Shown here piece after piece: positions 17,773 to 27,050 of a stretch of 28,745 nt of DNA. Each line of letters opens with the position of its first letter. The first letter of the stretch is position 1. Under the pieces are notes generated by a model, which saw only the letters and a program-made list of their open reading frames with translations, was not told the origin of the DNA and did no database searches. This stretch comes from a virus: the UHGV virus genome UHGV-0139114. The stretch is one strand, 5' to 3'. A program made the position numbers and the translations under genes.

Positions 17773-18116
17773 CAGCGCGTTATCTCGGAATGAATCGCAG
17801 TGATGGCCTGACGGTCACTGACCTTGAGCATATCAGCCAGAGTATCGGCGATATCCTGCGCACACCGGTCGGCTCACGGGTGATGCGTCGTGATTACGGC
17901 TCGTTGCTGGCGTCAATGATTGACCAGCCGCAGACCCCGGCGCTTGAGTTGCAGATTAAGGTCGCCTGTTACATGGCGGTGCTGAAATGGGAACCCCGCG
18001 TCACGCTGTCATCTGTCACCACGGCGCGCAGTTTTGACGGGCGAATGACGGTCACGTTAACCGGCCAGCACAACGACACCGGCCAGCCACTTTCGTTAAC
18101 CATCCCTGTGAGTTGA
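17769..18116 (+). CDS. W: Baseplate wedge protein W (gp25-like)
   Basis: 115 aa, overlapping the V stop. Confidence 0.8.
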   Translation: MTARYLGMNRSDGLTVTDLEHISQSIGDILRTPVGSRVMRRDYGSLLASMIDQPQTPALELQIKVACYMAVLKWEPRVTLSSVTTARSFDGRMTVTLTGQHNDTGQPLSLTIPVS

Positions 18117-18120
18117 AACC

Positions 18121-19029
18121 ATGCCGATTATCGACCTGAACCAGCTACCCGCACCGGATGTGGTCGAGGAGCTGGACTTTGAAACCATTCTCGCCGAACG
18201 CAAGGCGACACTGATTTCCCTTTACCCGGAAGACCAGCAGGAGGCGGTCGCCCGTACCCTGACGCTGGAATCTGAGCCTCTCGTCAAACTGCTGGAGGAA
18301 AATGCTTATCGTGAGCTTATCTGGCGTCAGCGTGTGAATGAGGCTGCACGGGCGGTGATGCTGGCCTGTGCAGCCGGTAATGACCTTGATGTGATTGGTG
18401 CCAATTACAACACCACGCGCCTGATTATCACCCCGGCAGATGATTCGACCATCCCGCCGACACCGGCAGTGATGGAATCTGACACCGATTATCGTCTGCG
18501 TATTCAGCAGGCGTTTGAAGGTTTAAGCGTCGCCGGGTCGGTGGGTGCCTATCAGTATCATGGCCGCAGTGCCGACGGGCGTGTCGCGGATATCTCTGTC
18601 ACCAGTCCGTCTCCGGCCTGCGTCACCATCTCTGTGCTGTCACGTGAGAATAACGGTGTGGCATCCGAAGACCTGCTGGCGGTGGTGCGTAACGCCCTTA
18701 ATGGCGAGGACGTCAGACCGGTGGCCGACCGCGTGACCGTGCAGTCTGCTGCCATCGTTGAATACCAGATAAACGCCACGCTTTACCTTTACCCTGGTCC
18801 CGAAAGCGAACCCATCCGCGCGGCCGCCGTGAAAAAACTGGAAGCGTACATCACGGCACAGCACCGGCTGGGGCGCGACATCCGTCTGTCTGCCATTTAT
18901 GCCGCCTTGCATGTGGAAGGCGTGCAGCGTGTCGAGCTGGCCGCACCACTGGCCGACATTGTGCTCAACAGTACGCAGGCGTCTTTCTGTACCGAATACC
19001 GCGTCGTGACCGGAGGCTCGGATGAGTGA
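18121..19029 (+). CDS. J: Baseplate protein J
   Basis: 302 aa, position after W. Confidence 0.8.
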   Translation: MPIIDLNQLPAPDVVEELDFETILAERKATLISLYPEDQQEAVARTLTLESEPLVKLLEENAYRELIWRQRVNEAARAVMLACAAGNDLDVIGANYNTTRLIITPADDSTIPPTPAVMESDTDYRLRIQQAFEGLSVAGSVGAYQYHGRSADGRVADISVTSPSPACVTISVLSRENNGVASEDLLAVVRNALNGEDVRPVADRVTVQSAAIVEYQINATLYLYPGPESEPIRAAAVKKLEAYITAQHRLGRDIRLSAIYAALHVEGVQRVELAAPLADIVLNSTQASFCTEYRVVTGGSDE

Positions 19030-19552
19030 TTCGCGCCTGCTGCCGACCGGCTCATCGCCGCTTGAAGTTGCCGCCGCAAAAGCCTGTGCGGAAATTGAAA
19101 AAACGCCGGTCAGTATTCGTGAGCTGTGGAACCCGGATGCCTGTCCGGCAAATCTGCTGCCGTGGCTGGCGTGGGCGTTTTCGGTCGACAGGTGGGATGA
19201 AAAGTGGCCGGAAGCAACAAAACGCGCCGTTATCCGCGATGCGTATTTCATTCACTGCCATAAGGGCACTATAGGCGCAATCCGGCGTGTGGTGGAGCCG
19301 CTCGGCTATCTCATTAACGTAAAGGAATGGTGGGAGACAAACGACCCGCCCGGAACCTTTCGCCTTGATATCGGTGTGCTGGAAAGCGGCATCACGGAGG
19401 AGATGTATCTGGAAATGGAACGGCTTATTGCCGATGCCAAACCCGCAAGTCGCCACCTTATCGGTCTGAACATTATCCAGGACATTCCCGGCTGTCTGTA
19501 TACAGGCGGTGTGGTCTGTGATGGTGATGTTATTACTGTTTATCCCGGATAA
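19022..19552 (+). CDS. I: Baseplate / tail fibre attachment protein I
   Basis: 176 aa, overlapping the J stop. Confidence 0.8.
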   Translation: MSDSRLLPTGSSPLEVAAAKACAEIEKTPVSIRELWNPDACPANLLPWLAWAFSVDRWDEKWPEATKRAVIRDAYFIHCHKGTIGAIRRVVEPLGYLINVKEWWETNDPPGTFRLDIGVLESGITEEMYLEMERLIADAKPASRHLIGLNIIQDIPGCLYTGGVVCDGDVITVYPG

Positions 19553-19562
19553 GTGAGAAACA

Positions 19563-22298
19563 ATGAGCACGAAATTTAAAACCGTTATCACTACTGCCGG
19601 AGCCGCAAAGCTGGCAGCCGCCACTGTCCCCGGCGGGAAAAAAGTAACCCTGTCTGCAATGGCCGTGGGTGACGGTAATGGCAAATTGCCGGTGCCGGAT
19701 GCCGGTCAGACGAAACTGGTGCATGAGGTCTGGCGTCACGCTCTGAATAAAGTCAGCGTGGATAACAAGAATAAAAACTATATCGTGGCTGAACTGGTTG
19801 TACCGCCCGAAGTGGGCGGCTTCTGGATGCGTGAGCTTGGTCTGTATGACGATGCCGGAACACTGATTGCGGTCGCCAACATGGCAGAAAGCTATAAGCC
19901 TGAACTCGCTGAAGGCTCCGGGCGTGCGCAGACCTGCCGCATGGTTATTATTGTCAGTAACGTGGCGTCCGTTGAGCTGAGTATTGATGCCAGCACAGTG
20001 ATGGCGACGCAGGATTACGTCGATGACAAAATCGCAGAACATGAGCAGTCCCGCCGCCATCCTGACGCCACGCTGACAGAAAAAGGTTTTACCCAGTTAA
20101 GCAGCGCAACAAACAGCACCAGTGAAAAACTGGCGGCAACGCCAAAAGCGGTCAAGGCTGCGAATGACAACGCAAATTCACGTCTGGCGAAAAATAAGAA
20201 CGGTGCAGATATCCAGGATAAATCAGCTTTTCTGGACAATGTTGGCGTTACCAGCCTGACGTTTATGAAAAACAACGGCGAAATGCCGGTTGATGCTGAT
20301 CTGAATACATTTGGTCCAGTTAAGGCTTATCTGGGGATCTGGTCTAAAGCTACCTCAACTAACGCAACACTGGAGAAAAATTTCCCGGAAGATAATGCTG
20401 TCGGTGTGCTTGAGGTTTTTGCTGCCGGCAATTTTGCAGGCACGCAACGCTTTATCACGAGAGACGGCAATGTATACATGCGTAAACTCGCCAATAAGTG
20501 GAATGGTACTGATGGTCCATGGGGCGTATGGCGTCACACTCAATCAGCTACCCGCCCTTTGAGTACGACTATAGACCTGAATACGCTTGGAGCCGCCGAA
20601 CATCTTGGTTTATGGCGTAACAGTAGCTCGGCTATAGCTTCATATGAACGCAATTATCCAGAGGAAGGCGGCTTTGCTCAGGGGACGCTTGAGATCCTCG
20701 AAGGCGGGAATTATGGAAGAACGCAACGTTATACCACTCGCCGTGGAAATATGTATGTCCGCTGCCTTGCGGCAAGCTGGGATGCATCAAATCCGCAGTG
20801 GGAACCGTGGTTAAGAGTCGGTCATCAGTCAGAGAGTCGTTATTACGACGGGGATTTGAATGATGTGACTTCACCAGGTATTTACAGCGTTACAGGTAAA
20901 GCGACCAACGGTCCAGTACTGGACGGAAACGGCGTGACAGTCCTCGGTATTCTGGAAGTGTTGAGGCGCTTTGATGGTGTTAACGTATGGCAGCGTTATA
21001 CAACTGCCGGAACAGGTGCAACCCTTAAAGGTCGCACGTTTGAGCGCGTCTATACCGGCAGCTCGTGGAGCGAATGGCGGGAAGTCTACACCTCGTATTC
21101 ACTTCCCCTGAATCTGGGTATCGGCGGTGCAGTGGCAAAGCTCACCAGCCTGGACTGGCAGACCCACGACTTTGTGCCGGGCAGTCTGATAACCGTTCGG
21201 CTTGATAACATGACCAACATTCCCGACGGTATGGACTGGGGCGTCATTGATGGCAACCTGATAAACATCGCAGTTGGTCCGAGTGATGATTCCGGTACGG
21301 GGCGCTCAATGCATGTATGGCGCAGCACTGTAAGTAAAGCGAACTACCGCTTTTTTATGGTGCGTATTTCAGGAAATCCGGGAAGCCGCACGATTACAGC
21401 AAGACGAGTACCAATCATTGACGAAGCCCAGACATGGGGCGCGAAACAGACATTCAGTGCTGGCCTTTCTGGTGAACTGTCCGGCAATGCGGCGACAGCA
21501 ACAAAGCTGAAAACAGCCCGTAAAATTAATAACGTTTCGTTTGATGGAACATCAGATATTAACCTGACGCCGAAAAATATTGGTGCATTTGCTTCAGGAA
21601 AAACAGGAAACACCGTTGCGAATGATAAAGCCGTTGGATGGAACTGGAGTAGCGGAGCCTATAACGCAACTATTGGTGGGGCATCAACGTTAATTCTTCA
21701 TTTTAATATCGGTGAAGGAAGTTGTCCCGCCGCCCAGTTTCGCGTTAATTATAAGAACGGTGGTATTTTTTATCGTTCTGCTCGTGACGGTTACGGATTC
21801 GAGGCTGACTGGTCTGAGTTTTATACCACAACGCGAAAACCTACAGCGGGAGATGTCGGTGCACTGCCGTTATCTGGTGGTCAATTGAATGGTGCTCTGG
21901 GTATAGGAACATCCAGTGCTCTTGGCGGTAATTCGATTGTTTTGGGTGATAATGACACGGGCTTTAAACAAAATGGTGATGGTAATCTGGATGTTTATGC
22001 TAATAGCGTCCATGTTATGCGCTTTGTCTCCGGAAGCGTTCAAAGTAATAAAACCATAAATATTACGGGGCGTGTTAATCCCTCGGATTACGGTAACTTT
22101 GATTCCCGCTATGTGAGAGATGTCAGACTTGGCACACGTGTTGTTCAGACCATGCAAAAAGGCGTGATGTATGAAAAATCAGGTCATGTAATCACGGGGC
22201 TTGGTATTGTCGGTGAAGTCGATGGTGATGACCCGGCAGTATTCAGACCTGTTCAAAAATACATTAACGGAACATGGTATAACGTATCGCAGGTGTAA
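19563..22298 (+). CDS. H: Tail fibre protein H-like, extended (911 aa) with a mosaic C-terminal receptor-binding region
   Basis: N-terminus MSTKFKTVITTAGAAKLAAATVPGGKKVTLS matches P2 H as I recall it; longer than the ~670 aa I recall for P2 H; three internal tandem repeats. Confidence 0.85.
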   Translation: MSTKFKTVITTAGAAKLAAATVPGGKKVTLSAMAVGDGNGKLPVPDAGQTKLVHEVWRHALNKVSVDNKNKNYIVAELVVPPEVGGFWMRELGLYDDAGTLIAVANMAESYKPELAEGSGRAQTCRMVIIVSNVASVELSIDASTVMATQDYVDDKIAEHEQSRRHPDATLTEKGFTQLSSATNSTSEKLAATPKAVKAANDNANSRLAKNKNGADIQDKSAFLDNVGVTSLTFMKNNGEMPVDADLNTFGPVKAYLGIWSKATSTNATLEKNFPEDNAVGVLEVFAAGNFAGTQRFITRDGNVYMRKLANKWNGTDGPWGVWRHTQSATRPLSTTIDLNTLGAAEHLGLWRNSSSAIASYERNYPEEGGFAQGTLEILEGGNYGRTQRYTTRRGNMYVRCLAASWDASNPQWEPWLRVGHQSESRYYDGDLNDVTSPGIYSVTGKATNGPVLDGNGVTVLGILEVLRRFDGVNVWQRYTTAGTGATLKGRTFERVYTGSSWSEWREVYTSYSLPLNLGIGGAVAKLTSLDWQTHDFVPGSLITVRLDNMTNIPDGMDWGVIDGNLINIAVGPSDDSGTGRSMHVWRSTVSKANYRFFMVRISGNPGSRTITARRVPIIDEAQTWGAKQTFSAGLSGELSGNAATATKLKTARKINNVSFDGTSDINLTPKNIGAFASGKTGNTVANDKAVGWNWSSGAYNATIGGASTLILHFNIGEGSCPAAQFRVNYKNGGIFYRSARDGYGFEADWSEFYTTTRKPTAGDVGALPLSGGQLNGALGIGTSSALGGNSIVLGDNDTGFKQNGDGNLDVYANSVHVMRFVSGSVQSNKTINITGRVNPSDYGNFDSRYVRDVRLGTRVVQTMQKGVMYEKSGHVITGLGIVGEVDGDDPAVFRPVQKYINGTWYNVSQV
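20290..21095 (+). repeat. Three tandem, diverged protein-level repeats of about 90 aa inside the tail fibre gene
   Basis: Repeated pattern LNT.G ... G.LE. ... GN. ... TQR(F/Y).TR.GN.Y.R ... W... W..W in three consecutive blocks. Confidence 0.6.
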
Positions 22299-22301
22299 TT
22301 T

Positions 22302-22829
22302 ATGCAACACTTAAAAAACATTATTGCGGGAAATCCAAAAACGGTTGAGCAATATAAACTGACAAAGAATTTTGATGTTATCTGGTTATGGTCCGAAGAG
22401 GGAAAAAACTGGTATGAGGAAGTAAGTAATTTTCAGGAAGACACGATAAAGATTGTTTACGACGAGCATAATATTATTGTCGCCATCACCAAAGATGCCT
22501 CCACGCTTAACCCTGAAGGTTTTAGCGTTGTCGAGGTTCCTGATATTACCGCCAACCGACGTGCTGATGACTCAGGTAAATGGATGTTTAAGGATGGTGC
22601 TGTGATTAAGCGGATTTATACGGCAGACGAACAGCTGCAACTGGCAGAATCACAAAAGGCCGCGTTACTTTCCGAAACCGAATCCGTGATTTTGCCGCTG
22701 GAGCGCGCTGTCAGGCTGAATATGGCAACAGATGAGGAGCGCAGTCGACTGGAAGCATGGGAACGCTACAGCGTTCTGGTCAGTCGTGTGGATACTGCAA
22801 ATCCTGAATGGCCGGAAATGCCACAATAA
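22302..22829 (+). CDS. G: Tail fibre assembly chaperone G
   Basis: 175 aa immediately after H. Confidence 0.8.
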   Translation: MQHLKNIIAGNPKTVEQYKLTKNFDVIWLWSEEGKNWYEEVSNFQEDTIKIVYDEHNIIVAITKDASTLNPEGFSVVEVPDITANRRADDSGKWMFKDGAVIKRIYTADEQLQLAESQKAALLSETESVILPLERAVRLNMATDEERSRLEAWERYSVLVSRVDTANPEWPEMPQ

Positions 22830-23019
22830 GTGATATGATCTCTTGTGTGAATTAACATAGCTATAGTACAGAGTAAAACCTAATCGGACAGTCCGCTCTG
22901 TGCCATTACCGGACATACTGAGCAGAAGGCTAAAAGAACGCTTTCAGGACATATAGCAAGGGAGCAGGGATGATAGAATTAACCCAGTATATTTAATGTT
23001 TCAATCATGATAGTTCCTG

Positions 23020-23047
23020 AATTAAAGGGGGGTATCCCCCTTTAATT
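23020..23047. terminator. Bidirectional hairpin terminator between convergent G and the 92-aa gene
   Basis: Perfect 12-bp stem AATTAAAGGGGG / CCCCCTTTAATT with loop GTAT; overlaps the stop codon of the minus-strand gene. Confidence 0.55.
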
Positions 23048-23324
23048 ACTTGTACCACTCAGTCTGAATTTGGTTACTAACTTCATCTGGGAGATTGTAC
23101 CAATAAGCTGAGTTATTGGTTGCGTCTACAACAATAAGCTTATCATCACTATCCATAACCGCCCTCACAATTTTGGCTGCATCCTCGGCAGAGTAACTAC
23201 AGTTAACATACCAGTTCGATTCAGTTGTTAAAGCCCAATTTCCTAAAGATTTAATCGCATTATACACAGCCGCATAATCTTTCGTTTTAATGAGGTCGTA
23301 AGTAATAAATAAATTATTGGCCAT
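23046..23324 (-). CDS. Hypothetical 92-aa protein (cargo)
   Basis: ORF with GGGAG 8 nt upstream of the ATG, in an AT-rich island; no family recognised. Confidence 0.55.
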   Translation of the reverse strand: MANNLFITYDLIKTKDYAAVYNAIKSLGNWALTTESNWYVNCSYSAEDAAKIVRAVMDSDDKLIVVDATNNSAYWYNLPDEVSNQIQTEWYK

Positions 23325-23343
23325 AAATCATCTCCCAAAGGGC

Positions 23344-23370
23344 AAAGAAAAAAGCGCCTAGAAAGGCGCT
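23344..23370 (-). terminator. Rho-independent terminator between the DUF3606 gene and the 92-aa gene
   Basis: Stem AGCGCCT / AGGCGCT (23353-23359, 23364-23370), loop AGAA; on the minus strand it is followed by TTTTTTCTTT. Confidence 0.6.
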
Positions 23371-23376
23371 CATATA

Positions 23377-23595
23377 TTAATGGTCTTTAAGCCATGCCTG
23401 TACTTTCTTAGCCGAATGACCTACAGCCTGTACGGCTTGAACAAGTTTGGCCTCGCTAACTCCAAACTTTTCAGCCCAATCACGTCTTTCGTAATCCTGT
23501 TTGATACTTATTAAATCATTGTCAGGGGTACCGATTTTGGTCTTATCATCAGCCATTTTACTGATTCCTCGTGATACAGGCTTATACCTGCCCAT
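23377..23595 (-). CDS. DUF3606-like small protein (alternative start at ATG 23556 giving 59 aa)
   Basis: Pattern DYERRDWAEKFGVSEAKLVQAVQAVGHS resembles DUF3606 family members as I remember them; both candidate starts have an SD. Confidence 0.55.
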   Translation of the reverse strand: MGRYKPVSRGISKMADDKTKIGTPDNDLISIKQDYERRDWAEKFGVSEAKLVQAVQAVGHSAKKVQAWLKDH

Positions 23596-24043
23596 TAGTT
23601 ATATGGCTCCCGTGCCGCTTCGTAAACGTTCAATAATCAAACAATTGACACTGATCATAAAACCAGTTAAAGGATTTGACTCTACCTTGGATATATGATG
23701 CCACCCCCTTTATATTGTTGTCGGTAACTCACAGGCATTGAACTCATGCTGGTGAGTGAAAGGCCACATAAACGCCCAATATTTAAACTGCCCTCAGCAG
23801 CGTTCGCGGAGCAATATACAGGCTTCGTATTCAATCCTTGCCCTACGAGAAACCCTAGCCGCAACCTCGTTTTCAAGTGTCAGTAAGTTCTTTGTCAGAC
23901 CTCATACAGTTTTAAGCTGGGTGAGGTGCATGGGGGAAGTTGAAGCCTTAACTGTTGAGGTAAATCGAACCATAAGTGTGCAATTTTTCAAGCCCGGCGC
24001 TATTTTAGTCTTGAAAACAATTAGTACGCCCCAAGGACAACTC

Positions 24044-24736
24044 ATGATCGAATTTATCGCAGAGCATATAAACACAGTAAGCACACTTATCTCCGCTTTG
24101 GCTGCATTGCTAACAGCAGTTGCTACATTTTTCTTGTGGAGAGTAACAAGGCTATTAGCAGACGAGACAAAAAGGATGGTTGACGCATCAGTTCAACCTC
24201 ACGTCGTTGTGACTCTTGAACCAAATTCTTGGGCTGCTTTTTATTTTGATATCAATATTGCTAATACCGGAAATGCCCCAGCCTATGATATTGAAATCGG
24301 ATTTAATCCCCCACTGGTAAATGCAGAACATAGAAAAAATAAAGGTATACCATTTAGCAAGGTTAGCGTATTGAAAAACGGCCATTCGCTCAACAGCAGT
24401 CTTTGTAAGTATGAACAGATTAAAGATCAAGTTTATACTGTTAGTATTAGTTGGTCTAAACAGCCGGGCTCAACTGAAAGAGAGCGGAATGAGTATTCTT
24501 ATGATATGGCTTCTTTCGAGGGGGTTAGCTACTTAGGTGCAAGGAGTCCAATGACACAGATAGCCGAGCAGGTGAAAAAGATTAGAGAAGACTGGAGGCC
24601 GATTTCCCAGGGAAGCAAAAAAATTAAAACAGACAACTATAATTCAAGTGACAGAGCCGAGGAACAACGAGCACGTGAAGAGTGGTATCAGACCACTGCA
24701 AAGAAATGGGATAAAGAAAAGCAAAAAGATAACTAA
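24044..24736 (+). CDS. Membrane-anchored protein of about 230 aa (cargo); candidate superinfection-exclusion / abortive-infection protein. Alternative start at ATG 23930.
   Basis: AAGGA 6 nt upstream of ATG 24044; predicted single N-terminal transmembrane helix TVSTLISALAALLTAVATFFLW, then a beta-rich domain and a K/E-rich tail; AT-rich; occupies the Z/fun locus. Confidence 0.55.
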   Translation: MIEFIAEHINTVSTLISALAALLTAVATFFLWRVTRLLADETKRMVDASVQPHVVVTLEPNSWAAFYFDINIANTGNAPAYDIEIGFNPPLVNAEHRKNKGIPFSKVSVLKNGHSLNSSLCKYEQIKDQVYTVSISWSKQPGSTERERNEYSYDMASFEGVSYLGARSPMTQIAEQVKKIREDWRPISQGSKKIKTDNYNSSDRAEEQRAREEWYQTTAKKWDKEKQKDN

Positions 24737-24871
24737 TACAATTGACCTGCTCCCCATAAATTAGCATACCACAATCTCAGGTCCGCTCTTCGCTCAAAAC
24801 AGGCTGTCAGATTTGACAGAATTTTGGTTACGTAATTTATCAGTTGGAAAATGAGTGAGTACAAATCAGGA

Positions 24872-24900
24872 CAGGCGGGCGAATAGCCTGCCTTTTCTTT
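24872..24900 (+). terminator. Possible weak terminator after the cargo gene, before the FI promoter region
   Basis: Short stem CAGGC / GCCTG with a 9-nt loop followed by CCTTTTCTTT. Confidence 0.3.
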
Positions 24901-24996
24901 ATCTGTTGTTTCATCCACTGACCAGCCAGGTCAAATAGCGTCTCATGCACTACCCAACAGAAAATAGTTGCACCCATTAACCACGGAGTTAAACGG

Positions 24997-26187
24997 ATGA
25001 GTGACTATCATCATGGCGTGCAGGTGCTGGAGATTAACGACGGCACCCGCGTCATTTCCACTGTATCCACGGCCATTGTCGGCATGGTCTGCACGGCCAG
25101 CGATGCGGATGCGGAAACCTTCCCCCTCAATAAACCGGTGCTGATTACCAATGTGCAGAGCGCAATTGCAAAGGCCGGTAAAAAAGGCACGCTGGCGGCA
25201 TCGTTGCAGGCCATCGCCGACCAGTCAAAACCGGTCACCGTTGTCGTGCGTGTGGAAGACGGCACCGGCGACGACGAGGAAACGAAACTCGCGCAGACCG
25301 TTTCCAATATCATCGGCACCACCGACGAAAATGGTCAGTACACCGGACTGAAAGCCCTGCTGGCGGCGGAGTCGGTAACCGGTGTTAAACCGCGTATTCT
25401 CGGTGTGCCGGGACTGGACACCAAAGAGGTGGCTGTTGCACTGGCATCAGTCTGTCAGAAGCTGCGCGCTTTCGGGTATATCAGCGCATGGGACTGTAAA
25501 ACCATTTCCGAGGTGAAAGCCTACCGTCAGAATTTCAGCCAGCGTGAGCTGATGGTCATCTGGCCGGATTTCCTCGCATGGGATACGGTCAGCAGTACCA
25601 CCGCCACCGCGTATGCCACCGCCCGTGCGCTGGGTCTGCGCGCTAAAATCGACCAGGAGCAGGGCTGGCATAAAACGCTGTCCAATGTCGGGGTGAACGG
25701 TGTTACCGGCATCAGCGCATCCGTCTTCTGGGATTTGCAGGAGTCCGGCACCGATGCTGACCTGCTTAACGAGTCAGGCGTCACTACGCTGATTCGCCGC
25801 GACGGTTTCCGCTTCTGGGGTAACCGTACCTGCTCTGATGACCCGCTGTTCCTCTTTGAAAACTACACCCGCACCGCGCAGGTACTGGCTGACACGATGG
25901 CTGAGGCGCACATGTGGGCGGTGGACAAGCCCATCACCGCAACGCTGATTCGCGACATCGTTGACGGCATCAATGCCAAATTCCGTGAGCTGAAAACAAA
26001 CGGCTATATCGTGGATGCGACCTGCTGGTTCAGCGAAGAATCCAACGATGCGGAAACCCTCAAGGCCGGAAAACTGTATATCGACTACGACTATACACCG
26101 GTGCCTCCTCTTGAAAACCTGACCCTGCGCCAGCGTATTACCGATAAATACCTGGCAAATCTGGTCACCTCGGTTAACAGCAATTAA
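24997..26187 (+). CDS. FI: Tail sheath protein FI
   Basis: 396 aa, begins MSDYHHGVQVLEINDGTRVIS; position before the tube gene. Confidence 0.9.
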   Translation: MSDYHHGVQVLEINDGTRVISTVSTAIVGMVCTASDADAETFPLNKPVLITNVQSAIAKAGKKGTLAASLQAIADQSKPVTVVVRVEDGTGDDEETKLAQTVSNIIGTTDENGQYTGLKALLAAESVTGVKPRILGVPGLDTKEVAVALASVCQKLRAFGYISAWDCKTISEVKAYRQNFSQRELMVIWPDFLAWDTVSSTTATAYATARALGLRAKIDQEQGWHKTLSNVGVNGVTGISASVFWDLQESGTDADLLNESGVTTLIRRDGFRFWGNRTCSDDPLFLFENYTRTAQVLADTMAEAHMWAVDKPITATLIRDIVDGINAKFRELKTNGYIVDATCWFSEESNDAETLKAGKLYIDYDYTPVPPLENLTLRQRITDKYLANLVTSVNSN

Positions 26188-26199
26188 GGAGCCTGACCG

Positions 26200-26718
26200 A
26201 TGGCAATGCCGCGCAAACTCAAGTTAATGAACGTCTTTCTGAACGGCTACAGCTATCAGGGCGTCGCGAAGTCCGTCACGCTACCAAAACTGACCCGTAA
26301 GCTCGAAAACTATCGCGGTGCGGGGATGAACGGCAGCGCACCGGTAGATCTCGGCCTTGATGACGATGCGCTGTCAATGGAGTGGTCGCTCGGTGGCTTT
26401 CCGGATTCGGTTATCTGGGAGCTTTACGCCGCAACCGGTGTGGATGCCGTACCGATTCGTTTTGCAGGCTCTTACCAGCGCGACGATACCGGCGAAACGG
26501 TGGCCGTCGAGGTGGTCATGCGTGGACGTCAGAAAGAAATCGACACCGGCGAGGGCAAACAGGGAGAAGACACCGAGTCGAAAATCTCCGTGGTCTGCAC
26601 CTATTTCCGGCTGACGATGGACGGTAAGGAGCTGGTCGAAATCGACACCATCAACATGATTGAGAAGGTGAACGGCGTCGACCGGCTGGAGCAACACCGC
26701 CGCAATATCGGCCTGTGA
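26200..26718 (+). CDS. FII: Tail tube protein FII
   Basis: 172 aa after FI. Confidence 0.85.
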   Translation: MAMPRKLKLMNVFLNGYSYQGVAKSVTLPKLTRKLENYRGAGMNGSAPVDLGLDDDALSMEWSLGGFPDSVIWELYAATGVDAVPIRFAGSYQRDDTGETVAVEVVMRGRQKEIDTGEGKQGEDTESKISVVCTYFRLTMDGKELVEIDTINMIEKVNGVDRLEQHRRNIGL

Positions 26719-26774
26719 TTTTCATCCGGTCAGCCTGGCTGACCGGTTAACCCCGATTCAGAAGTGAGAAAACC

Positions 26775-27050
26775 ATGAACAAAGAAAATGTGATTACCCT
26801 GGACAATCCGGTCAAGCGTGGTGAGCAGGTTATCGAACAGGTCACGCTGATGAAACCTAATGCCGGGACGCTGCGCGGTGTCAGTCTGGCTGCGGTCGCA
26901 AACTCCGAAGTCGATGCACTGATTAAGGTGCTGCCGCGCATGACGGCACCGATGCTGACCGAGCAGGAGGTCGCCGCGCTGGAACTGCCTGACCTTGTGG
27001 CGCTGGCCGGTAAGGTGGTCGGTTTTTTGTCTCCGAACTCGGTGCAGTGA
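26775..27050 (+). CDS. E: Tail assembly chaperone E (91 aa)
   Basis: Small ORF between the tube gene and the tape measure gene, with the slippery run GGTTTTTTG near its 3' end. Confidence 0.8.
   Translation: MNKENVITLDNPVKRGEQVIEQVTLMKPNAGTLRGVSLAAVANSEVDALIKVLPRMTAPMLTEQEVAALELPDLVALAGKVVGFLSPNSVQ

Noticed and set aside
22830-23019. Possible small RNA or extra ORF in the 190-bp AT-rich gap after G
   Set aside because: No ORF with start plus SD and no convincing promoter-terminator pair defining an sRNA; treated as intergenic or 3' UTR.
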